Source: an uncultured Gammaproteobacteria bacterium (GTDB taxonomy: Bacteria; Patescibacteriota; Microgenomatia; Levybacterales; UBA12049). Taken from it: DNA of 64,000 nucleotides. The notes below the pieces were generated by a model. It was not told where the DNA came from. It did no database searches and saw only the letters and a program-made list of their open reading frames with translations. The stretch is from the NCBI GenBank assembly GCA_965230895.1, contig OZ246394.1, positions 1,377,887 through 1,441,886 on the forward strand, written 5' to 3'. Made by a program: the position numbers and the translations under genes. Below are positions 42,824 through 52,230 of the stretch, piece by piece (position 1 is the stretch's first letter; each line of letters opens with the position of its first letter).

Positions 42824-43180
42824 TTATTTTTCCTGTAATACCAGTCCAGCCCCTCTTCCTTGTAGTCTAAGCAGGGGATCGTCCTGTGTAAATTGTTTGT
42901 CCAATAAACGGTTACTTTTGAAGATTCTTGGTTGTTGTTCTGCGGTTGCTACTTCTTTGTGAAAATCCTGCAATGAGTCTTCTTCTACCCGAATGTTGCC
43001 ACCGACCTTTATCGCTTTTAGTCGTTTGTTCTTTATATACCGACGAACTGTCAGGGGGTGGACTCTAAGAATAAACGCTACTTGCTTAACGCTTAAAAGA
43101 TTATTCATATATCTATAGAGTAAAACGTATTGGCTGGAGAGTAAAGAGCCACTTTTATCTATCCATGAAAAAGTATGCAT
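42824..43180 (-). CDS. excisionase-family (HTH_17) DNA-binding protein
   Basis: LSVKQVAFILRVHPLTVRRYIKNKRLKAIKVGGNIRVEEDSLQDF matches the MerR-superfamily/excisionase HTH. First gene of the operon, divergent from the 2527-aa gene. Confidence 0.55.
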   Translation of the reverse strand: MHTFSWIDKSGSLLSSQYVLLYRYMNNLLSVKQVAFILRVHPLTVRRYIKNKRLKAIKVGGNIRVEEDSLQDFHKEVATAEQQPRIFKSNRLLDKQFTQDDPLLRLQGRGAGLVLQEK

Positions 43181-43223
43181 TTGATAACAATGCTATGCAA
43201 TTTTATACAAGTTTTGTGAAAAT

Positions 43224-43253
43224 TTGACTTTACACATGAGCTCTTCTTATATT
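43224..43253 (+). promoter_or_regulatory. candidate promoter TTGACT-N17/18-TATATT for the giant gene
   Basis: Read from the sequence. 26 nt upstream of the ATG at 43280. Confidence 0.4.
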
Positions 43254-43279
43254 AATTATGGTACCAATTTTCCTAGATT

Positions 43280-46200
43280 ATGAAGTATATCTTGCCCGTC
43301 CTGCGCCAAAAATCTTATTTGAGGCTAACTAGCCTTATTCTTTGCGTGGTAGTAGCTTCGGGAAGTATATTCATGGCTATCAAGCCTGCTTTTGCTGCTA
43401 CAGGAATTAACCAGACCATCAACTTCCAAGGTAAGTTAGTCGGTTCAACAGGATTGAATGTAGCTGATAGCACGTACAGCGTCGTTTTCACGCTCTATGA
43501 TGCGAGCTCAGGAGGCACGAACCTCTGGGACGAAACGCAAAGCGTATCGACCACTGATGGTATCTTCCAGGTTCAGTTAGGTTCAGTCGATACAACTTTG
43601 GGCAATGTCGATTTCAACACAGATAATCTCTATCTCGGCATCAAAGTCGGAGCTGATGCAGAAATGACTCCTCGTATTCGTTTTGCGGCAGTTCCATATG
43701 CCTTCAATGCTCAAAAAGTAGCAGGTTTGACAGTCACAAATACGACTGGAACACTTACTATACCAAATGGCAAGACAATCGAATTTGCCGACTCATTCAC
43801 TACTACAGGGGGAAATGCTCTAACTCTAGCCACAACTGGCACTACAAGTATCACTTTGCCAACTACAGGCACCCTACTGACAAACACTGCCACATCAAAC
43901 CAAACGATTACATCGACTCAGACTTCAGGCACGATTTTGGGATTAACTGACTCAACAAACATTACTGGCGCAACTACAGGACTAGCCATAAGCATGACTG
44001 GTACGGGTGCGTTTGATCAGACTGGCTTATCTTTTAACTTGTCTGGAGCAACTGGATCCAACACAAATGATATCGTCGGATCCGGTGGGACATGGAAAGT
44101 TAGCAGATCTGGTGACCTTACTGTTAATTCATGTACAGGTTGTACTGGCGGCCTAGCTAATTATTGGAGACTGGCAAATGGTGCATTCTCACCTGTCAAT
44201 GATACGACTGATCTTTTGATCGGAAGTGCAGCTTCAGCGTCTGCGAAGTTTGGCTTCCTCAACGTCGCAAATGGTGGAACTCCAACCGCATCTATCTCCG
44301 CCAACTCCGGAAATAATGCGACATACCTCATGGGTACCGGTATTCTCGCAACAACAAACAAACAAACGCTTACCTTGGGTCAAGCATCGACCGGAAATAT
44401 TGTAATTGGTACGGATGCTACTGCGCGCACTGTTACGATTGGCAACAATACTGGAGCGAGTGCCTTAGCGTTTACTTCAGGGACGGCAGCTCAAACATTT
44501 ACTTCATCAGCGACTACAGGAACAGCATTCTCTTTTGTCGGTAACTCAGTCAACACAGGAACTGGTCTTGGATTGACTGCAAATGGTTTGACGAATGGTA
44601 ATGCACTTTCAGTCACGTCAACTGCGACAGCGCTTGGATCAGGAAGGATGCTTAATATATCAAAGACAGGAGCTTCTGGATCAACTGCCTTCACAGGCGA
44701 TATCGCAAACATTGCTTACTCACAAACATTCAACAATGGAGTTGGCCTTAATCATACAGGCAATGTTATGGACCTCTCCCGAAATATTACATTGAACGTA
44801 GCTCAGACTCAAACAATTTCAGGTGCATTGATGTCACTCTCTGATTCAGCGACACAATCACTCGGTACGCTTAACAGCACAGCAGATGTCCTTGCGATCA
44901 CTCAGAACTATGCAGCAAACACTGGAGCTGCATTGAATATAACATCTGCTACAAATAATGGCTTAATCTTCCGAGCGAATGATGATGGAACTCTCACTGA
45001 TTCGACCCCATTTGTTATAGATGGAGGTGGTGAAGTCGGTATCGGGACAACGGCACCAAACGCTACATTGGATGCTCGAGGAATCCTCGGGACAACTCCA
45101 GTCGCTTCATTCTCTGGTTCTACAGCGATGGCATCAATGGTCGTTGACCAATCAGGCATTGGAGATCTCTTTACCGCGAGTAAATCCGGAGCTACCAAGT
45201 TTGCCGTTTTAAACAATGGAAACCTCTCTATGAATAACTACAACAACTGTACGATGTTGACGACAATCGGAACTGTCTTAACTTGTGGCTCTTCTCCAGC
45301 TGCGTCTACACAATATGTTCGATTAAATAATGGTGCCTTCTCATTTGTGAACGACACGGCTGATTTTCTTATCGGAAACACATCATCAGCCTCAGCGAAG
45401 TTTGCTTTCCTCAATGTGAACTCTGGAACACCAACTGCATCGATTTCTGCGAATTCTGGCAACAATGCTGCATACTTTTCAGGAGATGGTGTCCTGGGGA
45501 CAACTAATGCACAGACATTGCAATTAGGATCAGCGTCAACCGGAGATATTCAATTAAAGCCTGGAAATAATGCAAATAGTTTATATCTTGCTTCAAGTGG
45601 ACGAGTAAGTATCGGAAATCCTGCATTAACAACAGGAGTTGTAAATCTCGTAAATAATGGTCTTCCAACGGGTGATCCAACTTTGGTCATCCAACAAGGT
45701 ACAGGACAAACCGGAGACTTGATGCAATTCAGAAATTCCTTGGGAAATCTCATCGGCAAAGTTGATTCTTCAGGAAATATCGCAGCGCCAAACTTTGTCG
45801 ACCTTGCGGGAACAGGTCCATATCTATCCTTCGGAGGCGCAGCAACAATTTTGGATACTCGTACAGGGAGCAATACTGGATTAGTTCTCAAAGCCGGTGG
45901 AACAACACAAACAGGTAACTTGCTTGAAGTACAAAATAATGGCGGTGGAGTGCTTTCAAAGTTTAATGGCATCGGCCAGTTGGGTCTCGGTGCTGGAACA
46001 AATAGTTTGCTTGCGACACTTGATGCTCGAGCCCTCTCTGGTACGCAGCCAGTGGCATCTATCTCCGGACAAACAGCACAATCCTCATTGGTTGTTGATC
46101 AATCAGGAACTGGTGATATCTTCGCAGCTTCAAAGTCTGGCGCGACAAAGTTTGTAATCAATAATGCTGGTAATGTACGAATTGCGAACTTTACTTCAAC

Positions 46201-49200
46201 TGATGGTCTTATCACAGCTGATGTTAATGGAGTCTTAACACAAAATGCAAATGCATCACTCAATAGTTTTGGTGACCTCAATACTCGATATATTACGACG
46301 AACGCTACAGTTGAAGCGAGAACCTATCAAGCGAATGAAAACGCGTTAATTGTTAATCAAGGTTCTACTTCACCAACAGCTGCGGCAGCGCTCATTAAAG
46401 GTGGTACAACTCCAGGGGCTACTGCAGATCTTTTGCAACTCCAAAACAGTGGAAGCACTACGCTTGCACGATTCAATAGAAATGGCCAATTAGTAATCCA
46501 AGCAAATGGTGGCACAACACCAAATGCTTCAATCTCTGGAACTACAAGTTTCGCGTCTCAAATCGTTGATCAGGCTGGTGTAGGTGACATTTTCACTGCC
46601 TCAAAATCTGGTGCAACCAAATTCACAATCTTGAACAATGGCAACCTCTCAATGAACAATTACAATAACTGCGGAATGTTAACAACAACAGGAACTGTTC
46701 TGACATGTAGTTCTGCACCGGCAGGTGGAACTAACTATTGGAACCTCGCAAGTGGAACTTTGGCTCCAGTAAATACGACGCTTGATCTGTTGGTCGGAGG
46801 GACAGCCAGTAATTCAGCAAAGTTCGCAGTACTTAATATGAATTCAGGAACTCCAACAGCAAGTATTTCAGCAAATTCAGGTGGGAATGCAACATACCTA
46901 ACTGGAGACGGCACACTGTCCACAACACTTAATAAGACATTGAGTTTGAATCCAAATGGAGGAAACGTAGGAATCGGGACAACAAATGCTACACAAAAGC
47001 TTACAGTGAATGGAAGAATCAGAACAGATGGAGGTATGGTCTTCAGTCAAGGATTAGCTCCAACAGCTAATTTCATTTATGTCGGAGGAGATACTGCTGG
47101 CGCTACAGATCAACAGTTTGGGTTTGTCCTTGCAGGAGTTGGTTCAACCACAACTGCACAAGGAGGATACTTTGTAGGCCGCGGAAATAACTTTAGTGAC
47201 ATCTTGAATCAGAGAGGAAATATGTATTTTGCTGCAGGTAATCCAAGCTCACCAGGCGCACTTGAAGGATCGCTCAACTTCTTAACAGGAAATGAAGTGA
47301 ATAGAATGATGATTACAAACGCTGGTACCATCGGTGTTGGGACGACATCTCCTTTGGCAACACTTGATGTTCGAGGACAATCTGGAACACTTCCAGTTGC
47401 ATCTGTTTCAGGTCTTACCGCAATGGCGGCTTTGGTTGTAAATAATAATGGCATAGGAGATCTCTTTACAGCGTCAAAGAGTGGATCTACAAAAGTTGCC
47501 ATCACAAACACAGGAACACTCGCAGTTGGTTCATTTACACGAGCATCAGCTGCGACAACTCCAAAGGATCAACTCCATCTTTGGGGCAATGGTTCGTTGG
47601 GGAGTAATGCAATTATCCATTTCGGTGACGTCGCTAATGATTCCAATGCATATATTAAAGAAGCAACAACAGGTGATAGTGATCAACTGGAACTTGGTGG
47701 GCGACAAGGTTTGATCTTTGCAACTGGTACAAATACCTCTTATGGATTTGAACGAATGAGAATCGATGCAAGTGGAAACGTGGCAATTAATAATACTGGA
47801 ACTGCACAAGCTACATTTGATGTTCGAGGCATATCAGGTACAAATCCAGTTGCATCAGTATCAGGTACAACTTCACGGGCAGCAATGGTGGTAAACAATG
47901 ATGGTGTGGGAGATCTCTTCACTGCAAGTAAATCTGGATTACCAAGATTTGTCATCGACAATAGCGGTAATGTAAAGATCGGTACATCAGTATCAGGTGC
48001 AAGACTTCAAGTAACAGGAAACAGTGGTTATGGTGTACTTCTCGGCGCTGGTGCTGGTGGAGGAAATACAATTGACGGAACTTTAAATGGTGTAGCAAAT
48101 GAAGCTTTATGGCTTAACTCAATCTCAGAAAAAGATGTTTATATCGTTCCAAATAATGGAAGTGTCGGTGTTGGTACGAACGATTCAAGTGAGGGAAAGC
48201 TCACCGTAGCCGGGACATATACGAACGCAGCTTCTGATTATTCCGGTCTATTCGTCAATCCAACCTTTAGCCAAACGAGTAATAGCAGTAATGCATATTA
48301 TGGAACTCGAACCCAAGCTCTCTATGGAAGTGCATTTAACCTTGCAGAATTGGATGGAGCAGTCAATAACAGTGCCTTCTATGGAGCGGGGACACTCACG
48401 ATCTTGCGAGGATCATACAATCAGGCAAGTATCTCTCAGGGGACCACCGGTACTGCAAATTATGCTCAAGGTGTGGTTGGTGAAGTTGTCCATCGAGGCG
48501 TGGGAACAATTGTAGAAGCAACAGGTCTCGTTGGTACCGTCAGTCTCCAATCAAGTGGCACAGGTAACGATGGAGAAATCACAGGAGCTGCAGGTGTGAT
48601 TGGTTATGTCCAAAATAACCTCAGTGCAAACACAGGAACAATTGGTACCGGAACAGCGATCTATGCAGGCGCACCAACCGCATCAGCAAATGCTCCAATC
48701 ACAAACACAAGAGGTGTCTATATCGAGAACCAAGGATCTGCTGGCGTAACCAATGCAACAGGTCTCTACGTAGAAGGACAAAGCGGAGCAAGCGGCACAA
48801 ACTATGCCGCAATCTTTGCTAGTGGAAGAGTAGGTATCGGTACAACTGGACCTGCTGCGGTTTTGGATGTAAATGGAGATATTAAGGCGAGTGCAACAAT
48901 AACAAATACAGGATCTCTTGCTGGGCTTTCTATGGCAGTGGGTAATGATTCAGATGCAGATACACTCAGTGCTCTTTCAATTGATGTTACATCCGCATCC
49001 ACTGGAGATTCTGATAATGTCTACGGTCTTAATGTTGGCAATTTGACGGGAGCTGGTTCAACAGTAAACGAAAGTGGAATTAGAGTTGGAACTGGCTGGG
49101 ACAATGATATTGAATTCTCAGATAGTGCTCCAAATATCAAACTTGGTGCCACAGATAATACTTCAGAACTTACATTTACTGATGCTTCTTCAAATGTTCT

Positions 49201-50863
49201 CTTGAGAATGAGAGATATGAGTACTAACTTTGGAGCAGCGCTTTATGCGGGTGCATTTATTAACTTTAACAGTATGGTAGCTGAAGAATTCAATAGAACC
49301 CGTACTTCATTGTCTGCTGATACAACTGGTGCTCAGAATGGTGCTTTTGGTAACGGTGGTGGATGGGGTGTTTATGAAGGTGGAACAACTCCGAATTGTA
49401 CCTTTTCGACGCTTGCAGATACTGTCAATGGTATTACTCGCATGTCAGCGAACGCTGCTGCAACAGGTTGTATGACTATGATAGATGACTCAATAAATAA
49501 CGCAAAGCTTATGTATAACGTTTCAAATCTGCCAATCATCGTTATGAAAATTCGACCATCCCAAGCTGATACTACAAGTGGAGTATATGCTGGATTAGGA
49601 GATTCAACTGATGGTGCTGTTGCTGCCCCCACTAATTTTATTGGATTTTCAAACGATAATGCTGGAACACTTGGAAACACTTGGAGAGGCATTACTCGAT
49701 CAGGAGGAACCTCTACTACAGTTACATGTACTGGACAAACAGTTTCGACAACCCAATTTGCACTTCTTGTTATTGAAGTACGATCTTCTACAAGTGTTCG
49801 ATTCTTTATGGATAATGATGTTTCAAATGGTGTCAATTTGACTGAATGCGGATCGGGGAGTACTACCAATATTTATACAAGTAATCTTGCTCCTCAAATT
49901 CATTGGCAAGAAAGAAGTGGTGGATCAGCTTCCAATTTGGACTTAGACTTCTATCGAACTTGGCAGGACGATGCTCCAATGACTGATGGACTTACTGCTT
50001 CGCAGCCAGAAGCTTTAACTTTTGACGCTCCAGCTTCTGAATCAGCCACACTTGATACTCATGATGTTGTCTTGAGTACCTTAACTCAAGATGAAACAAG
50101 CGAGGGTGCAGATATCGAAGATGATACAACTGGAGAACTTTTAGCTGGACTGGATCCATTAAAAGGACGAGTTGATGAACTTGAAAATAAAGTTGCTTCA
50201 ATGGAGGCAAAACTTAATGATGTCAATATTGCAACACCGGCTGCATTTACAACTGTGTCTGTCGAGTCATCAAACTCTGCAGAAACAACTGAACTTGTGA
50301 AAACAGATAACTTGTCAGTTGCGGGGCTTGCGACTGTTTCAGCGAATTTGAGAGTCCAAGGGAACGGTTTGATCGAAGGTATCCTCAATGTCGTCGATAC
50401 ACTTACGGTAAGCAATTTCATCGTCAATAAATTGGCAACATTCTTTGGTGACGTTGTTTTCCATAGTGATGTCATTTTCAAAGGCACACCATACTTCAAT
50501 GCAGACACTGCTGGTTATGTCACTATCGCAAAGGGTTCAGACAAAGCAGAAGTGAAATTCACTAAGCCATACAAGAATGAACCAGTAGTCAATGCAAGTG
50601 TTGTGACGACAAAGCTTTCAGATGATGCGTTCAAGAAGCATGTTGAAGAAAACACATGCGAAGCAGATAAAGGAAAAGATATGTGTGAGCAAGTTGCTAC
50701 ACAAGAAGCGCTTGAAGATTCAATGCCATACATTATTGCATCTCGATCCAAAGAAGGATTTACCATTTTACTTTCTCAACCAGCCACCCAAGATCTAACG
50801 TTCTCATGGAGTGCGCTTGCGGTGATTCAGGCAGAAGAACTTGTGAAAGGAGGTGATAGATAA
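43280..50863 (+). CDS. giant secreted repeat protein (2527 aa), fibre/adhesin-like
   Basis: Signal peptide (AFA|ATG). N-terminal FQGKL...VPYAFNA domain. Five 60-aa LDxRG...GDLFTASKSGATKF repeats. Many IGTT.P...L.V.G beta-repeat motifs. C-terminal coiled coil (RVDELENKVASMEAKLNDV). Terminal domain shared with the 1433-aa protein. Confidence 0.7.
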   Translation: MKYILPVLRQKSYLRLTSLILCVVVASGSIFMAIKPAFAATGINQTINFQGKLVGSTGLNVADSTYSVVFTLYDASSGGTNLWDETQSVSTTDGIFQVQLGSVDTTLGNVDFNTDNLYLGIKVGADAEMTPRIRFAAVPYAFNAQKVAGLTVTNTTGTLTIPNGKTIEFADSFTTTGGNALTLATTGTTSITLPTTGTLLTNTATSNQTITSTQTSGTILGLTDSTNITGATTGLAISMTGTGAFDQTGLSFNLSGATGSNTNDIVGSGGTWKVSRSGDLTVNSCTGCTGGLANYWRLANGAFSPVNDTTDLLIGSAASASAKFGFLNVANGGTPTASISANSGNNATYLMGTGILATTNKQTLTLGQASTGNIVIGTDATARTVTIGNNTGASALAFTSGTAAQTFTSSATTGTAFSFVGNSVNTGTGLGLTANGLTNGNALSVTSTATALGSGRMLNISKTGASGSTAFTGDIANIAYSQTFNNGVGLNHTGNVMDLSRNITLNVAQTQTISGALMSLSDSATQSLGTLNSTADVLAITQNYAANTGAALNITSATNNGLIFRANDDGTLTDSTPFVIDGGGEVGIGTTAPNATLDARGILGTTPVASFSGSTAMASMVVDQSGIGDLFTASKSGATKFAVLNNGNLSMNNYNNCTMLTTIGTVLTCGSSPAASTQYVRLNNGAFSFVNDTADFLIGNTSSASAKFAFLNVNSGTPTASISANSGNNAAYFSGDGVLGTTNAQTLQLGSASTGDIQLKPGNNANSLYLASSGRVSIGNPALTTGVVNLVNNGLPTGDPTLVIQQGTGQTGDLMQFRNSLGNLIGKVDSSGNIAAPNFVDLAGTGPYLSFGGAATILDTRTGSNTGLVLKAGGTTQTGNLLEVQNNGGGVLSKFNGIGQLGLGAGTNSLLATLDARALSGTQPVASISGQTAQSSLVVDQSGTGDIFAASKSGATKFVINNAGNVRIANFTSTDGLITADVNGVLTQNANASLNSFGDLNTRYITTNATVEARTYQANENALIVNQGSTSPTAAAALIKGGTTPGATADLLQLQNSGSTTLARFNRNGQLVIQANGGTTPNASISGTTSFASQIVDQAGVGDIFTASKSGATKFTILNNGNLSMNNYNNCGMLTTTGTVLTCSSAPAGGTNYWNLASGTLAPVNTTLDLLVGGTASNSAKFAVLNMNSGTPTASISANSGGNATYLTGDGTLSTTLNKTLSLNPNGGNVGIGTTNATQKLTVNGRIRTDGGMVFSQGLAPTANFIYVGGDTAGATDQQFGFVLAGVGSTTTAQGGYFVGRGNNFSDILNQRGNMYFAAGNPSSPGALEGSLNFLTGNEVNRMMITNAGTIGVGTTSPLATLDVRGQSGTLPVASVSGLTAMAALVVNNNGIGDLFTASKSGSTKVAITNTGTLAVGSFTRASAATTPKDQLHLWGNGSLGSNAIIHFGDVANDSNAYIKEATTGDSDQLELGGRQGLIFATGTNTSYGFERMRIDASGNVAINNTGTAQATFDVRGISGTNPVASVSGTTSRAAMVVNNDGVGDLFTASKSGLPRFVIDNSGNVKIGTSVSGARLQVTGNSGYGVLLGAGAGGGNTIDGTLNGVANEALWLNSISEKDVYIVPNNGSVGVGTNDSSEGKLTVAGTYTNAASDYSGLFVNPTFSQTSNSSNAYYGTRTQALYGSAFNLAELDGAVNNSAFYGAGTLTILRGSYNQASISQGTTGTANYAQGVVGEVVHRGVGTIVEATGLVGTVSLQSSGTGNDGEITGAAGVIGYVQNNLSANTGTIGTGTAIYAGAPTASANAPITNTRGVYIENQGSAGVTNATGLYVEGQSGASGTNYAAIFASGRVGIGTTGPAAVLDVNGDIKASATITNTGSLAGLSMAVGNDSDADTLSALSIDVTSASTGDSDNVYGLNVGNLTGAGSTVNESGIRVGTGWDNDIEFSDSAPNIKLGATDNTSELTFTDASSNVLLRMRDMSTNFGAALYAGAFINFNSMVAEEFNRTRTSLSADTTGAQNGAFGNGGGWGVYEGGTTPNCTFSTLADTVNGITRMSANAAATGCMTMIDDSINNAKLMYNVSNLPIIVMKIRPSQADTTSGVYAGLGDSTDGAVAAPTNFIGFSNDNAGTLGNTWRGITRSGGTSTTVTCTGQTVSTTQFALLVIEVRSSTSVRFFMDNDVSNGVNLTECGSGSTTNIYTSNLAPQIHWQERSGGSASNLDLDFYRTWQDDAPMTDGLTASQPEALTFDAPASESATLDTHDVVLSTLTQDETSEGADIEDDTTGELLAGLDPLKGRVDELENKVASMEAKLNDVNIATPAAFTTVSVESSNSAETTELVKTDNLSVAGLATVSANLRVQGNGLIEGILNVVDTLTVSNFIVNKLATFFGDVVFHSDVIFKGTPYFNADTAGYVTIAKGSDKAEVKFTKPYKNEPVVNASVVTTKLSDDAFKKHVEENTCEADKGKDMCEQVATQEALEDSMPYIIASRSKEGFTILLSQPATQDLTFSWSALAVIQAEELVKGGDR
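45040..47990 (+). repeat. five near-identical intragenic repeat units (about 180 nt each) inside the 2527-aa gene, nested in three larger repeats of about 1.2-1.4 kb
   Basis: Protein repeats at nt about 45040, 46020, 46530, 47330 and 47810. SGTPTASISANSGNNATYL recurs at about 44280, 45420 and 46860. Nucleotide-level similarity is visible (e.g. GGAGATCTCTTTAC(C/A)GCG). Confidence 0.6.
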
Positions 50864-51066
50864 TATGGAACTTTTACGTTCACGTGTGCAACACATGCTC
50901 GATGACATAAGAATTTTGTTCTTAGCGCCAGTCTATTAGATCCTGTTTGAAAAGTACTCATCTGAGAAGACTTTTCATTACAGGGTCTTATGTGGCTGAT
51001 TTATAATTTAATGGAAATCAGCCGCTTAGATTGCATTTGTCCCAGTTAAAGATTTTGGTTTTGCTT

Positions 51067-51169
51067 ACTCTTTGAGGAGTGTATTCCTTCATTAATGTAC
51101 CGATGTCATCCCTCAAAATAGTCATTCAGCCACTGGCAGGTCCTCAAGCTGAATGCACCCTCAAAGAGT
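51067..51169 (+). promoter_or_regulatory. leader with alternative pairings: ACTCTTTGAGG can pair with any of three downstream CCTCAA(A/G) copies; inner CATTCAGC/GCTGAATG stem
   Basis: Inverted repeats read directly. Located about 60 nt upstream of the beta-lactamase-like CDS. Confidence 0.3.
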
Positions 51170-51232
51170 ATCGAGGCTAATGGAAGGCTGTAATGTTGAG
51201 CTTGCTTTATAAAATATGTATTTCGTATACTT

Positions 51233-52186
51233 ATGACCGTGGGCGGAAAAGTAATGAGATACGTGTTAATCGTAAGCTTGATTCTCAATGCAGGTCTCCT
51301 GTATTGGTATGTATTTCGTGGAGAACAACCTCAGGGAACTGTAGCTAATATTACAGCAGAGAACAATTACCCGTTATTGTCAGCAGATATTTTGCATGAC
51401 CTTCAACGCGATGTCTTAATCAATTTCTATCCATTAAGGACAGAATTGCGTGAGGCAGTCGAACCTTATGGAGATGACTTTGGATTTTATTTCGAATATC
51501 TTCCGACAGGTACCTCGATTAGTGTGAATTCAAATGACGAGTTCTATGCAGCATCGCTTTTTAAAGTTCCTGTTGTCATGGCATACTATCATGGGAAAGA
51601 GCGCAAGAGGATGACGGATGATCCTGAAGTGGAAATAAAGCAAGAACATCTTGATAAAGAGTTTGGTGATTTATGGAAGAAGGGAGCGGGGACGAAGATG
51701 AAAGCTTCAGAACTCGTCCGATTGTCACTGGTCGAATCAGATAACACTGCGATTAAAGCATTGCTTCCAATTATTGAGCAGCAGGATTTCGTTCCTGTCT
51801 ACAATGGGTTGGATATTGATTTGCATGCAGATAATAATGGTGCGTTAATTTCCGCAAGGACATATGCCTCAATCCTTAAAGCATTACATTATTCATCTGT
51901 TCTTAATAAAGAAGATTCTGAAGAGATTCTCCAAATGCTTTCAGAGACTCCATTTAAGGATAAGATCGTTGCAGGTGTACCTGAAAATATCAATGTCGCC
52001 CACAAAATTGGCGACTTTAGTGCAGGGGAGACAGATCAAGGGTATAGAGATTGTGGTATTGTTTATGAGCCTCGACGTCCATATATTCTTTGCATGTTTT
52101 CAAAAAGCGATGAAGCGACTGCGAGAGAGCGAATGAAAATGGTTTCCTCAAAAGTCTACAAATATGTCTCGACAGTAGCTAAGTAG
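51233..52186 (+). CDS. class-A beta-lactamase-like serine hydrolase, membrane-anchored
   Basis: N-terminal TM helix. SxxK (SLFK). SDN (ESDNTA). KTG-like (KIGD). Confidence 0.6.
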   Translation: MTVGGKVMRYVLIVSLILNAGLLYWYVFRGEQPQGTVANITAENNYPLLSADILHDLQRDVLINFYPLRTELREAVEPYGDDFGFYFEYLPTGTSISVNSNDEFYAASLFKVPVVMAYYHGKERKRMTDDPEVEIKQEHLDKEFGDLWKKGAGTKMKASELVRLSLVESDNTAIKALLPIIEQQDFVPVYNGLDIDLHADNNGALISARTYASILKALHYSSVLNKEDSEEILQMLSETPFKDKIVAGVPENINVAHKIGDFSAGETDQGYRDCGIVYEPRRPYILCMFSKSDEATARERMKMVSSKVYKYVSTVAK

Positions 52187-52230
52187 CTCGTTTCCTTGAC
52201 ACGTGCGCTCAACTATCTCATAATTAGCTT

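Noticed and set aside
43711-50766. Numerous minus-strand ORFs (60-165 aa) nested antisense within the 2527-aa gene, and similar ones inside the 1433-aa, ligase, radA and 781-aa genes
   Set aside because: Expected by chance in long coding regions. The sense-strand ORFs carry the recognisable domains and repeats.
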